Of a DNA stretch of 64,000 nt, positions 22,601 through 32,625 are shown one piece after another (within the stretch, counting starts at the first letter, position 1; the number at the start of each line of letters is the position of its first letter). Under the pieces are notes generated by a model. The model ran no database searches, was not told the DNA's origin, and saw nothing but the letters and a program-made list of their open reading frames with translations. This DNA is from Macrostomum lignano (Eukaryota), in NCBI GenBank assembly GCA_002269645.1, contig NIVC01000366.1, forward strand, positions 62,001-126,000, in the 5' to 3' direction. Position numbers and translations under genes: made by a program.

Positions 22601-24831
22601 GAAACAAGGGGAGAGGGGTCCTTTTTATAGCCGGGAAACACCCACGCACAAGACCTCGTGACTTGTTCTATTTTTAGAACTGACGTCACTTGAGGTCTCG
22701 GGGCAGGGTCTCAGTGCGCGCAAGACCTCGTGACTCGTTCTATTTTTAGAACTGACGTCACTTAAGGTCTCCGGCCAGAGTACACGCGGCTGTGACTCAG
22801 TTGCTATTTTTAGCAACATGAGTCACTCCTCTCCTTAGAGAAGGGAGGGGTCCGAAAGCACGTGATTCTCCCGGTAAACAGGGCCAACGAGTGCAGTAAA
22901 CATGTTTACTGCACTTTAGGACTCGAAGAACGCAGAGTCTGTCATGTGACTTGCTCACATGACAGAGGAAAACGGGACGGGAACGAAACAGAGACAGCCC
23001 ACAGCAGAGAAGCTGAGGGCTGAGAACAGAGACGCAGAAGGGCAGAACAGGCCAAGGGCAGCAACAGACGGGCCAAGGGGGCGGGAAGCTGACCAGCGGC
23101 AGACAGCAACCCAGGGCGAGGGCGAGGGAGACTGCTGACAAAGTGGGACGCCTAACACCAACTAGCGGATCACTACAGTACACTAACCTCCACAGCCACC
23201 TCCCTGCCCTAATTTACACTAACCTCCATAACATTCCTCCCTGACCTAATGTACAGTGGCCCCATAGCGCATCTCCCTGTCCCCAATGTACACTTGCCTC
23301 AGAGTCGTCTAATTTGCTCAAACCACCCGTTTCACTCGCAGGTACTACTGCTGACAATCAAACGCAGTCTGTCAGACATCTGCCGCTTCCTAATCTGTGC
23401 AGTCGTCTTATTCTTAGCCTTCTCTCTATTCGGCTGGATCACATTCGGACCGTATCACGTGAAATTTGTTACATTCTTCTCCTCGCTTGAATGCCTATTC
23501 GCTCTAGTTAATGGCGACGATATATTTACAACTTTTGCTTTGATCCCGTCTACAACCAATACTTATATCTACGTTGTGTCCAGAATCTATCTCTACTCAT
23601 TTTTGTCGCTGTTTATTTATATTGTACTCAACGTCTGCATCTCTATTATATTGGAAGCTTACGAGACTGTGACGGTGAGTATAAGTACGTTTTGTTCTTT
23701 TTTTACAAGATCAAGTGTTTTGTGGGAGGCTAGCGAGCTTTATGAGTATCCTCTCATCCACGAGGGTGTCTTATCCTCGAGGGTGTCTTCTTATCCTCGA
23801 GGGTGTCTTCTTATCCTCGAGGGTGTCTTCTTATCCTCGAGGGTGTCTTCTTATCCTCGAGGGTGTCTTGTTGTCCTCGAGGGTGTCTCCTTATCCTCGA
23901 GGGTGTCTCCTTATCCTCGAGGGTGTCTTCTTATCCTCGAGGGTGTCTTCTCATCCTCGAGGGTGTCTTCTTATCCTCGAGGGTTTTTTCTTATCCTCGA
24001 GGTTGTCTTCTTATCCTCGAGAGTGTCTTCTTATTCTCGAGGGTGTCCTTTAATCTTTCTGGATGTCTTATACTCCTTGTGGGTGTCCCCTAATCTTTCT
24101 GTGTGCCTTCTTATTCTCGTCCTCTAATCCTTGAGGGTGTCCTCTAATCCTCTTGTGTGTTTTCTACTCCTTGTGGGTGTCTTATAATCCTCGTGGGTGC
24201 TCTCTAATCTTGATGCCTATGGGTATCTTCTAATCCTCGTGGATGTCTACTTTTTCCAAATCAACAGCGTCGCGGCACCTCCCAGCCTCCGAACTCGCGA
24301 ATGTGGGCCTTCATCGCCGAGTGCGCCGATCCTGCCAACTCGTTGGCCTATAGAAACGACGCCGGCATGCGAAAACGGCGCTTATCGACAGCGGCCTCAG
24401 CTGCCGACTTGGCCGGCTGGTTGTCGCGTTGGTTTCAAGCTTCTCTGGTGTCAAGAGTCAACAATAACAACAACAAAACTAACAACCCTACCGCGGCGGC
24501 GGATGTCGATTTGGTTATTGAACAGGACGACGGCGAGAGACCGACGTTTATTGTCGGCGGTAACAACGGCGCCGGTGGTGGCGGCGAAGCTCGACGGGCC
24601 GTCAGTAATCGACGTCGCCGATCTCGTCGTCGGCTACGTCGACGCGGCGTCGGTGGCGGCGGCGGCGACTTGCCGCTGCCCGAGCCCGTCGCCAGCGCCG
24701 ACGCCGTGGCCACTTCCAGCGAGGCCGACAGCGACGACGATAACGACGTTGTCGGCCATTGCGACGGCGAGGCTGGCAGCAGCGACACTGTCGACGACGT
24801 GCTTGACGGCAGATGTCTAGAGCGGGTCTGA
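4671..24831 (+). CDS. MCOLN: Mucolipin / TRPML lysosomal cation channel, 8 exons: 4671-5114, 5888-6145, 6298-6507, 6856-7065, 7528-7677, 7767-7868, 23342-23674, 24268-24831 (756 aa)
   Basis: Hallmark motifs RRRLKYFFMTPCEK, FDNRAHTGQV, LVWFGTLRYLGYF and GPYHVKF...ECLFALVNGDDIF (pore). All junctions are GT-AG and in frame. Confidence 0.95.
5170..5790 (+). repeat. 22-bp G-rich minisatellite (GTAGGAAAGTTGGGGTGGTGGG) in mucolipin intron 1
   Basis: Direct tandem periodicity of 22 bp. Confidence 0.95.
6575..6800 (+). repeat. Degenerate AATCGGCGCCCCC tandem repeat in mucolipin intron 3
   Basis: Repeated ATCGGCGCCCC motifs. Confidence 0.85.
7150..7425 (+). repeat. 42-bp minisatellite (CCAATGTACATTGAGCTAG...CCACCTCCCTGCC) in mucolipin intron 4
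   Basis: About 6 copies with a 42-bp period, giving 14-aa repeat ORFs. Confidence 0.95.
8020..8775 (+). repeat. 36-bp minisatellite (AATGTACACTAACCTCCACAGCCACCTCCCTGCCCT) in mucolipin intron 6; resumes at 23178-23290
   Basis: About 20 copies. The same unit continues directly after the right LTR. Confidence 0.95.
9050..9545. repeat. GGCGCCAATTT-core tandem repeat
   Basis: Repeated palindromic GGCGCC motifs about 20 bp apart. Confidence 0.85.
9747..10562 (+). repeat. About 236-bp direct repeat pair (9747-9982 and 10326-10562)
   Basis: Near-identical blocks from TGAAGAGAAAAAAGAATAAATT to GAGTGACAGACAGAC. Confidence 0.9.
13153..13215 (-). ncRNA. tRNA-derived pseudogene or SINE head (Pol III A and B boxes)
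   Basis: Minus strand TGGTCGAGTGG (A box) and GGTTCGAATCC (B box) at tRNA spacing. The acceptor stem does not pair, so it is not a functional tRNA. Confidence 0.6.
13568..13881 (+). other. Tandem pair of diverged, about 155-nt structured units (13568-13724 and 13732-13881); candidate ribozyme-like or retroelement 5'UTR RNA
   Basis: Shared blocks AAACCTCCCCG, GAACCA-TCAGG-AAGCCCGTGCC, GGTTAG, GCCGTGGCAACC and CCCCGGGTAC are separated by variable hairpins. Confidence 0.5.
14270..15263 (-). repeat. 3' LTR (994 bp)
   Basis: Matches 22183-23177 apart from one G-run indel noticed by eye. Abuts the PPT. Confidence 0.97.
15264..15272 (-). other. Polypurine tract (GGGGAGAG)
   Basis: Purine run immediately before the TG of the 3' LTR on the minus strand. 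Confidence 0.85.
15795..18692 (-). CDS. Gypsy pol C-terminal part: long tether plus integrase (HHCC, DDE, GPY/F-like)
   Basis: H..P..GH.G..KT...RFWRPG...C..C zinc finger; IHCDVVGP, IHTDQGTNF and GQVENLN catalytic motifs; LQPGDLV. Out of frame with the upstream pol ORF. Confidence 0.95.
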   Translation of the reverse strand, partial: CPVKKTGGPPIFFEHGRLLEQPGSTARPGDDHDLEPDLDPTPEATARAALQKTVHSRCLEAKTDLDEDLEATAPAAFQHDAHRCSQRLETGLDDNSEATATTALCRDAHAAYRNLETNLDEDLEATVNTDLLDDAQDLRSRNLETPTDQDSKATAPAALLMTARNATPGQQLKYNPPEPFAEISRHVDRGQNLAPAARSKLCPPGRQTAAHRLCGKSSPPLRHRPVLEKTHPILTTTEPTATAACDEACFTCCVPPYSQESPVLCSGGMRAAPSAESSVMRAMKRTSIRDQRTYADVVRQSPSERPNPDADKTVPCDRPGAIKAETAGIRTPQPCRAVLTDFLKLPMTRQQFVEAQRADRAISYVLNLVKDEAPKPEFDARLRLTKEQRNLLGYYENLQEDNGLLLIDLSDGQQPPKVVLPEALDAQVLQELHSSPLCGHLGETKTLLRLRERFWRPGLARATKTFISKCRTCLESKSRRRERVPVQSFPVCEVLGRIHCDVVGPIAQKSKSGNRYILTLCDATSKYPFAYPMRNQKAKTVIKLLQERFIPEFGVPCWIHTDQGTNFTGSAFKKFCDLFGIRHTTTTPYNPASNGQVENLNKQLKSVLTCLLERNHNDWDTFLPACLMALRSSVHPVTGFTPHYLVFGRDFRLPIDNALKKLPEYADLPDYVKDFQRRLDEATELAKERLHLHQQLRDEHYSNLPAAKKLQPGDLVFLNNPVLEPDEAAKFHRPRKALYEVVEPKGEVVYKIRRRLPNPRARRDELIVHRRNLLLVPDADYTRTSDPEVDKPKKRRRPPDVPDGAGPATLTPIPEDDQDDPDDDDDDGYDARPAFRWHFRPLAIPEVQPGGGPVTTPANQASALRREPVPYGECHLHKPVLDASMPAVSFPPVSAPAPSAAFSVVQTPGPSLCTTPVEASLGSVDVGRPARNRRQPERLIINPRAKTYVSRTARICVHRSTQRSD
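18635..21070 (-). CDS. Gypsy pol: aspartic protease, reverse transcriptase, RNase H
   Basis: FLLDSGS (protease); LPMGL and YMDDI (RT); LDTDAS, ELLA and SDH (RNase H); ends at ADALSRRP. Confidence 0.97.
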   Translation of the reverse strand, partial: GKRPGGERQRHRPPRGPSPGYLADSERSREEEDVGCAGANAQSDSRSSVSDAECGGFVDTSPNQKIHAREADPYVTGRVASREVPFLLDSGSRKNFLGSSTWAAIRRRMPRCIISHAIPDCVTMYDGTQLPLACKVTIPVEFGDVVADTEFLVTVSDCENLLGVSFMREHCQNLDFAQGMLTFNNGTCIPVRYSRRELQNCRVYTSEKCTLPPRSSALLAVRLDDGHPENRGSPSIVELVKSRLHPSCNALEAAPALMTMPEGRGYIEVVNTADSEVFLQAGIRVGVATPLRTADLMYLSETPEPEVRHLPKNSEESSTAWLDEVEINSELSKEQHQRVRDLLVECQAAFSKHSLDAGLTHLVTHEIILKDRTPVALPPRRIPPHLKDKLDALLDEMLAKHIIRPAYSSYNSPMLIVPKKDGNIRLVHDFRALNDRCVYHPYPLPHIQETFAKLRGAQWYSSLDLAQGFWQIPLRDCDQHLTAFSVIDRGQFCFNVLPMGLHDSPGSFQRCINKLLDGLTPKTALGYMDDIVVHSVTFEEQLDNLRTVLQRIIAANLKVKPKKCHLFLKELHYLGHVVTPDGLKTCEDKIAQIRDWPVPQSVTQLRQFLGLANYYHKFVDGYAGVAAPLHALTRKDIGSLRQHWTPEHQVAFDTLKKKLCSTEVLALPEFNSDPAVKFVLDTDASDIRIGACLGQLQSDGVERPIAFFSRKLRDPEKRYTVTKKELLAIVDAMRHFRHYLIGKKFEVRSDHRALLWLLNQTQATGILGRWIERLSEFRFQLNHRKGKDHANADALSRRPEGRRSSSSMADC
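20923..22095 (-). CDS. Gypsy gag (capsid-like domain plus CCHC knuckle) with an in-frame TAA at 21436-21438
   Basis: ORFs 21436-22182 and 20923-21321 are in the same frame. CYSCGQPGHRNTQC at 21088-21129. First in-frame ATG at 22095. Confidence 0.9.
21064..21070 (-). promoter_or_regulatory. -1 ribosomal frameshift slippery site G GGA AAC
   Basis: X XXY YYZ heptamer in the gag frame; a -1 shift enters pol (GKRPGG). A downstream stem GCGGAG/CTCCGC follows. Confidence 0.8.
22164..22181 (-). other. Primer binding site complementary to the tRNA-Leu 3' end
   Basis: Minus strand TGGTGGCAGCGGTGGGAT is the reverse complement of ...AUCCCACCGCUGCCA-CCA (metazoan tRNA-Leu AAG/UAG type, from recall). It lies 1 nt from the 5' LTR. 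Confidence 0.85.
22183..23177 (-). repeat. 5' LTR (995 bp) with duplicated TGACGTCA (CRE/ATF-type) motifs and a TATAAAA box on the minus strand
   Basis: Two copies of CAAGACCTCGTGACT.GTTCTATTTTTAGAACTGACGTCACTT; TTTTTATAG near 22622-22630. Confidence 0.95.
23745..24200 (+). repeat. 20-bp minisatellite (GGGTGTCTTCTTATCCTCGA) in mucolipin intron 7
   Basis: Clear 20-bp period, decaying toward the 3' end. Confidence 0.93.
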
Positions 24832-24859
24832 AGTCCGCAGTTCTTTGAGGGGGAGCACT

Positions 24860-26410
24860 GGTCTCATTGAGATGGCATAGATCAGTGAGTGGATCTCATT
24901 GAGATCTCATAGATAAGTGTGTAGATCTCATTGAGATGGCATAGGTCAGTGTGTGGATCTCATTGAGATCTCATAGATAAGTTTGTAGATCTCATTGAGA
25001 TCTCATAGGTCAGTGTGGAACTCAGTGAGATCTCATAGGTCAGTGTGGATCTCATTGCGATGGCATAGGTCAGTGTGTGGATCTCATTGAGATCTCATAG
25101 ATAAGTTTGTAGATCTCATTGAGATGGCATAGGTCAGTGTGTGGATCTCATTGAGATCTCAAAGATAAGTGTGTAGATCTCATTGAGATGGCATAGGTCA
25201 GTGTGTGGATCTCATTGAGATCTCATAGATAAGTTTGTAGATCTCATTGAGATCTCATAGGTCAGTGTGGATCTCAGTGAGATCTCATAGGTCAGTGTGG
25301 ATCTCATTGCGATGGCATAGGTCAGTGTGTGGATCTCATTGAGATCTCATAGATAAGTTTGTAGATCTCATTGAGATGGCATAGGTCAGTGTGTGGATCT
25401 CATTGAGATCTCAAAGATAAGTGTGTAGATCTCATTGAGATGGCATAGGTCAGTGTGTGGATCTCATTGAGATCTCATAGGTCAGTGTGGATCTCAGTGA
25501 GATCTCATAGGTCAGTGTGGATCTCATTGAGATCTCATAGGTCAGTGTGGATCTCATTGAGATCTCATAGATAAGTTTGTAGATCTCATTGAGATGGCAT
25601 AGGTCAGTGTGTGGATCTCATTGAGATCTCAAAGATAAGTGTGTAGATCTCATTGAGATGGCATAGGTCAGTGTGTGGATCTCATTGAGATCTCATAGAT
25701 AAGTTTGTAGATCTCATTGAGATCTCATAGGTCAGTGTGGATCTCAGTGAGATCTCATAGGTCAGTGTGGATCTCATTGCGATGGCATAGGTCAGTGTGT
25801 GGATCTCATTGAGATCTCATAGATAAGTTTGTAGATCTCATTGAGATGGCATAGGTCAGTGTGTGGATCTCATTGAGATCTCAAAGATAAGTGTGTAGAT
25901 CTCATTGAGATGGCATAGGTCAGTGTGTGGATCTCATTGAGATCTCATAGATAAGTTTGTAGATCTCATTGAGATCTCATAGGTCAGTGTGGATCTCAGT
26001 GAGATCTCATGGGTCAGTGTGGATCTCATTGAGATGGCATAAGTCGGTGTGTGGATCTCATTGAGATCTCATAGGTCAGTGTGGATCTCAGTGAGATCTC
26101 ATAGGTCAGTGTGGATCTCATTGAGATGGCATAAGTCAGTGTGTGGATCTCATTGAGATCTCATAGATAAGTTTGTAGATCTCATTGAGATCTCAAGGGT
26201 CAGTGTGGGTCTCAGTGAGATCTCATAATCAGTGTGTGGATCTCAGTGAGATCTCATAGGTCAGTGTGTGGATCTCATTGAAATCTCATAGGTCAGTTTG
26301 TAGACCTCATTGAGATCTTATAGGTAAGTGTAGATCTCATTTAGATATCATAGGTCAGTGTAGATCTCATCGAGATCTCATAGGTCGGTATGGATCTCAA
26401 CGATATCTCA
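24860..26410 (+). repeat. 28-30-bp minisatellite (GATCTCATTGAGATCTCATAGGTCAGTGTG)
   Basis: About 50 copies downstream of the mucolipin stop codon. Confidence 0.95.
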
Positions 26411-27104
26411 GTTTGCGACCGACCTCACAATGCCGAGAATCCAGTGTTTATATCAATGCAGAATGGTTTCTAATAAACTACTTTGATATCTTTTAATCAG
26501 TGCAATAGATTAAGTCTTATGTACATGGGTTATATGCACTAATTTATTGTTTACAAAATTTCTCTACGAACAACAAACTTCATCACATCCCTGTATTATT
26601 CGTCAATAAGAAGGTGATAAAAATGTAATTTAGAATTGATTCGACACTGGTACTCTATTTTTGCATTTTTATTTCAAATTCAAATTCCAGATTTAAATGT
26701 TAATACCGGCTCTTGGTTCCTTTCCAGGAGTTTTTTTCTACAAATATTAATATTCAACTTTTCATATTTTAAAAAAATCGCAATATTTTTTCTGAGATTA
26801 TGCCTGGCATGTCTGCAACGATTGCTTTTTCGAATTTTTAAGGCACAAATTATGCCATGACAATTTTTGGTGTTTTAACACCTCGATGCTTTAACTGTCT
26901 TTTGATGGTTTCTCGTCACAAAGAAGCGATTTCCAGGCCAACTTGAAGTGCTTTCCTGTGTATTTGACTATGCCAACCAATATTTATTGCATTCTAGCAA
27001 CTCGAAATATATATTGCTTCCAAGATTTGTCACTTATTTTGTTTCAGATTGCATAAAATCTGCTTTTTTGCCTAATTTTTTTTTAATATTTCGTAGCATC
27101 TTCA

Positions 27105-28660
27105 GATCCTCAGTTGCTGGGCCAGCCTCCCAGATCCTCAGTTGCTGGGCCAGCCTCCCAGAGTGTCAGTTGCTGGGCCAGCCTCCCAGATCCTCAGTTG
27201 CTGGGCCAGCCTCCCAGAGTGTCAGTTGCTGGGCCAGCCTCCCAGAGTGTCAGTTGCTGGGCCAGCCTCCCAGATCCTCAGTTGATGGGCCAGCCTCCCA
27301 GATCCTCAGTTGCTGGGCCAGCCTCCCAGATCCTCAGTTGCTGGGCCAGCCTCCCAGATCCTCAGTTGCTGGGCCAGCCTCCTAGATCCTCAGTTGCTGG
27401 GCCAGCCTCCCAGAGTGTCAGTTGCTGGGCCAGCCTCCCAGAGTGTCAGTTGCTAGGCCAGCCTCCCAGATCCTCAGTTGATGGGCCAGCCTCCCAGATC
27501 CTCAGTTGCTGGGCCAGCCTCCCAGATCTTCAGTTGCTGGGCCACTAGCCTCCCAGATCTTCAGTTGCTAGGCCAGCCTCCCAGAGTGTCAGTTGCTAGG
27601 CCAGCCTCCCAGATCCTCAGTTGCTGGGCCAGCCTCCCAGATCTTCAGTTGCTGGGCCACTAGCCTCCCAGATCTTCAGTTGCTAGGCCAGCCTCCCAGA
27701 GTGTCAGTTGCTAGGCCAGCCTCCCAGATCCTCAGTTGCTGGGCCAGCCTCCCAGATCTTCAGTTGCTGGGCCAGCCTCCCAGATCCTCAGTTGCTGGGC
27801 CAGCCTCCCAGAGTGTCAGTTGCTGGGCCAGCCTCCCAGAGTGTCAGTTGCTGGGCCAGCCTCCCAGATCCTCAGTTGCTGGGCCAGCCTCCCAGAGTGT
27901 CAGTTGCTGGGCCAGCCTCCCAGAGTGTCAGTTGCTGGGCCAGCCTCCCAGATCCTCAGTTGCTGGGCCAGCCTCCCAGAGTGTCAGTTGCTGGGCCAGC
28001 CTCCCAGATCCTCAGTTGCTGGGCCAGCCTCCCAGATCCTCAGTTGCTGGGCCACTAGCCTCCCAGATCTTCAGTTGCTAGGCCAGCCTCCCAGATCTTC
28101 AGTTGCTAGGCCAGCCTCCCAGATCCTCAGTTGCTGGGCCAGCCTCCCAGATCTTCAGTTGCTGGGCCAGCCTCCCAGATCCTCAGTTGCTGGGCCAGCC
28201 TCCCAGAGTGTCAGTTGCTGGGCCAGCCTCCCAGAGTGTCAGTTGCTGGGCCAGCCTCCCAGATCCTCAGTTGATGGGCCAGCCTCCCAGATCCTCAGTT
28301 GCTGGGCCAGCCTCCCAGATCCTCAGTTGCTGGGCCAGCCTCCCAGATCCTCAGTTGCTGGGCCACTAGCCTCCCAGATCTTCAGTTGCTAGGCCAGCCT
28401 CCCAGATCTTCAGTTGCTAGGCCAGCCTCCCAGATCCTCAGTTGCTGGGCCAGCCTCCCAGATCTTCAGTTGCTGGGCCAGCCTCCCAGATCCTCAGTTG
28501 CTGGGCCAGCCTCCCAGAGTGTCAGTTGCTGGGCCAGCCTCCCAGAGTGTCAGTTGCTGGGCCAGCCTCCCAGATCCTCAGTTGATGGGCCAGCCTCCCA
28601 GATCTTCAGTTGCTGGGCCAGCCTCCCAGATCTTCAGTTGCTGGGCCAGCCTCCCAGATC
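27105..28660 (+). repeat. 28-bp minisatellite (CAGTTGCTGGGCCAGCCTCCCAGATCCT)
   Basis: About 55 copies. Confidence 0.95.
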
Positions 28661-28928
28661 CAGCCCTAATCCCCCATTCAATAGACCCTGGCCATAGACT
28701 AACTTTATGACCTTTTAAAGCATTCTTTTAGCCAAAGGCAATTCGAGAACCAATATTTAGGACAATAAATAAGATTTATCCTCGACCCCTATAGTTTTCT
28801 TTGCACATCCTTCATGTATGCATTGGAGACAGTATAATTAGTATTGCTATTAGCGTGCGAGGCCTTCGTCTCTACTATACCCTGAAGCTATAGAAACAAG
28901 CAAACAACAAGGACTGCAGCCTGAAGCC

Positions 28929-31900
28929 ATGCGCCCTCTATCCACCATGATGCCCCCCTACACAGTGAACGAATCCCTGATCAGGGACATCCAGTCCGAC
29001 TCGGTCAGCCTGGTCAGCCAGCAGTTGGCTAAACGTCAATCAGTGGTTTATTATCTGCACGATTGCCAGCAGTCCAGGCTGGATCTTGGGCCGCTCAGCG
29101 GCTTTGTTAGGCCGCCTGTGACTCTGGTGCTGACTCCGCTGGGATTCGCTGTGCTGTTCGACAGTCTGCGGGTGGCTCGGTACCTGCTGGCTCAGACTGG
29201 CGCGTCTCCCGCTGATAGGGCCTACCTGGCTGATAGGCCCGCTGGAGCTAAGGTAAGGCGACACAGCTGCTCTCGCCTGCTTGCTGTTGGCTTTTATTAT
29301 TGCTGCAGTTGCTTTGTGTATTATCTATGTCTGGCGTGCCGCGACCCTCACACTTTCCTGTTTCTCCCTCCGCTCCTTTCTTTTCCCTCTTCCTCTTCCC
29401 TCTCTCCCCCTTCTTCCTACTCTTTCCCTCTTCCCCCTCTTCCCCCCTTCCCCCTTTTCCCCTTCCCCCTCCTCCCCTCTTCCACCTCTTCCCCCTCTTC
29501 CCCCTCTTCCACCTGTTTTCCCCTTCTCCCCCTCTTTCCCCTCTTCCCTCTCTACCCCTCTTCCTCCTCTTTTCCCCTCTTCCCTTATTCACCCTCTTCC
29601 CCCTTCTCCCCCCCTTTCCCCTCTTCCCTCTCTCCCCCTTCTTCCTCCTCTTCCCCTCTTCTCCCTCTCCCCCCTCTTCCCCCTTCCCCCTCCTCCCCTC
29701 TTCCCCCTCTTCCCCCTCTTCCCCCTCTTCCTCCTCTTTTCCCCTTCTCCCCCTCTTTCCCCTCTTCCCTCTCTACCCCTCTTCCTCCTCTTTTCCCCTC
29801 TTCCCTTATTCACCCTCTTCTCCCTCTTCCCCCTCTTCCCCCTCCTCCCCCTCATTCCCCTCTTCCCTCTCTACCCCTCTTCCTCCTCTTTTCCCCTCTT
29901 CCCTTATTCACCCTCTTCTCCCTCTTCCCCCTCTTCTCCCTCCTCCCCCTCATTCCCCTCTTCCCTCTCTACCCCTCTTCCTCCTCTTTTCCCCTCTTCC
30001 CTTATTCACCCTCTTCTCCCTCTTCCCCCTCTTCCCCCTCCTCCCCCTCTTTCCCCTCTTCCCTCTCCACCCCTCTTCCTCCCTTTCCCCTCTTCCTCCT
30101 CTCTCATTGTTCATGTAACTACCCTGTAAGCGCCAAAACTGCTGCCTCATCTGTCACCGCTGTTATTAATTATCCAATGACACCTGTAACCACAGAATAC
30201 CTGTAACTGCAAATTCCCAGCAGGCTCGCGTTGTGGAACTTCCCACGGCTGGCCTGTCTCTACCTGGCCGGGACATGTTCTCCCTGCTAGCAGCCTACGG
30301 AGTCGATCCCAATGCTCATCTACCTCTGCGCCTGCGCTGCTGCGGCGCTGGCGGCCCAGCCGAAGAGCTTCTGCCCGGCTTCTGGCACCTGCTGTGGCGC
30401 TGCTGGAGTCCCATGCGCGACTGCGACGCCTTGATGCAAACCACCGATCTGCTGCTGCGGGCCGGCGTCGATGCCAACTCCGGATTGGCTGGACTGCCCG
30501 TTATGCGGGAGGCCTTCTTCTTTGACGGCCACCAGTTTGAGGACAGGGCCACGGCGCTTAAGGTTTGGCCCAATGGGCATCTGCGTAGCTTTTTTAGCTC
30601 AGATGTACACTCCGGCCTATTCCTCCTAATGTAGACCCCGGCCTAGCCCTCCTAATGTACACTCCGGCCTATCCCTCCTAATGTACACCCCGGCCTAGCC
30701 CTCCTAATGTACACTCCGGCCTATCCCTCCTAATGTACACCCCGGCCTAGCCCTCCTAATGTACACTCCGGCCTATCCCTCCTAATGTACACCCCGGCCT
30801 AGCCCTCCTAATGTACACCCCGGCCTAGCCCTCCTAATGTACACCCCGACCTAGCCCTCCTAATGTACACTCCAACCTAGCCCTCCTAATGTACACTCCG
30901 ACCTAGCCCTCCTAATGTACACCCCGACCTAGCCCTCCTAATGTACACTCCGACCTCGACCTCCTAATGTACACCCGGCCTAACCCTCCTAATATTCACT
31001 CTGGCCTATCCCTCCTAATGTACACCCCGACCTAGCCCTCCTAATGTACACCCCGACCTAGCCCTCCTAATGTTCACTCTGGCCTATCCTTCCTAATGTA
31101 CACTCCGACTTAGACCTCCTAATGTACACTCCGACCTAGCCCTCCTAATGTACACTCCGGTCTACAAGTGTAGCCCTCCTAATGTACACTCCGGTCTAGC
31201 CCTCCTAATGTATACTCCGGCCTAGCCTTCCTAATGTTCACTCCGACTTAGACCTCCTAATGTACACTCCGACCTAGCCCTCCTAATGTACACTCCGACC
31301 TAGCCCTCCTAATGTACACTCCGACCTAGCCCTCCTAATGTACACTCCGGCCTATCCTTAAAAATCATTCTAACAGGTCTGCGGACACCCTGGCACAATA
31401 TATTGTCCCACACACCACCGCGCTGAGACAAATCTTTCCATTCCGCTGACTCTTAACTTGAGCACATTACCAGCCAATACTGTACACAGGCACACACTCA
31501 CACAGGGTGTACAGCGGCCCTTACTTTCTAATTGTCAGTGATGTACACTCTGTACCTTGGTGGGTTGGCCCTCATGCTGGGAATCGCACGACCACAAATT
31601 TTTGTTCCTGCGTACAGAATCGAAAGAAAGTCGCGCCCCGATTGTCGGATGCGTTACATTAGCCTAAATCCTCCTAGTGTAGACGTGGCCTTACCATCCC
31701 AATTTACACCCATTGTACACTGCTTTACTACCCAATGTACACCATATGTGCACCCAATGTACACCCTAGTGCATCTTTCTACACCCTAGTACATCCAATG
31801 TACACCCTACGTGCACCCAATCTACACCTATGTGCATCTAATTTACACCCTATGTGCATCCAATGTACACATTATGTGCATCCAATGTACACCCTATGTG

Positions 31901-32625
31901 CATCTAATGTACACCCTATGTGCATCCAATTTACACCTTATGTGCATCCAATGTACACCCTATATGCATCCAATGTACACCTTACGTCACGTGCACGCAG
32001 TCTACACGCAATGTACATTTCAAGTTCACCCAAACGTACACCGCAGGCGGCCCGCTACCTTCGCCTGCTACTCCTTGCCGGCTGTCGTCCTGACCGACTC
32101 GGCCGGCCATCCGACATCGCCGGAGTCCTTCTAGCCGTCTGGCGGTCGCTTCGTCGACCAACCGCTGCCGAAGCTGCCACGGCGGCTGCCGCCGCCGCCG
32201 CCGCTTCCAGCGGCAATCCGAAGCAGCCGACAGCGGCGTCCACTCTGGCCAATCCTATTGACGAAGAAGCCGAGTCGGTCTGCTTCAGCCTGACCGACTG
32301 CCTCATGAGCTGCTGGCCAAGTCTGGCCGCTCGTCTGCTTTTGCCGCATCATCAGCAGCAATACCAGCTGCACCACCTGCTGCCGCGCGACCTGTCCTAT
32401 CGGCACTCGTGTCGCCGGCCGCCAAGCCTTCGCGTCGCTGCCGCTTTGGCTGTCCGATCCGGCCTGGGCGGTCGGCATTTCCTTCGCCGTCTATGCTGCC
32501 TGCCAACGGCCAGCTTGGATCGCAACCTGAGACTGTTGATCCGCTGGCCCACCGCTCCGGCGCCAAAGTTGACTAAGTCCGCTGCATTGTCCAACTCCGA
32601 TAGAGTTAATGGCGATCGCGCCTAG
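28929..32625 (+). CDS. Ankyrin-like repeat / SOCS-box (ASB-like) protein; exons 28929-29252, 30221(or 30224)-30562, 32047-32625
   Basis: Ankyrin-like segments (TPLGFAVLFDSLRVARYLL, LLAAYGVDPNA, LLLRAGVDANS) and a C-terminal SOCS-box-like PPSLRVAAALAVR...LPTASLDRNLRLL. Phase-0 GT-AG junctions. Confidence 0.72.
29370..30105 (+). repeat. Polypyrimidine (CT-rich) low-complexity tract in intron 1 of the ASB-like gene
   Basis: Almost exclusively C and T over about 740 bp. Confidence 0.95.
30630..31355 (+). repeat. 26-bp minisatellite (CCTAATGTACACCCCGGCCTAGCCCT)
   Basis: About 27 copies in intron 2 of the ASB-like gene. Confidence 0.95.
31700..31990 (+). repeat. 22-bp minisatellite (CCAATGTACACCCTATGTGCAT)
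   Basis: About 12 degenerate copies. Confidence 0.9.

Larger units (their letters stand above)
14270..23177 (-). mobile_element. Full-length Ty3/gypsy LTR retrotransposon (8908 bp), antisense in mucolipin intron 6
   Basis: Paired TG...CA LTRs, GTAC TSD (14266-14269 / 23178-23181), PBS, PPT, and domain order gag-PR-RT-RH-INT. Confidence 0.97.

Noticed and set aside
24860-28660. Possible CRISPR-like arrays among the 28-33-bp repeats (also 53975-59405)
   Set aside because: Units are contiguous with no unique spacers, there are no cas genes, and the context is eukaryotic.
29248-30150. Pro/Leu/Ser-rich and Arg/Gly-rich long ORFs
   Set aside because: Low-complexity pyrimidine intron bounded by GT (29253) and AG (30219-30220).
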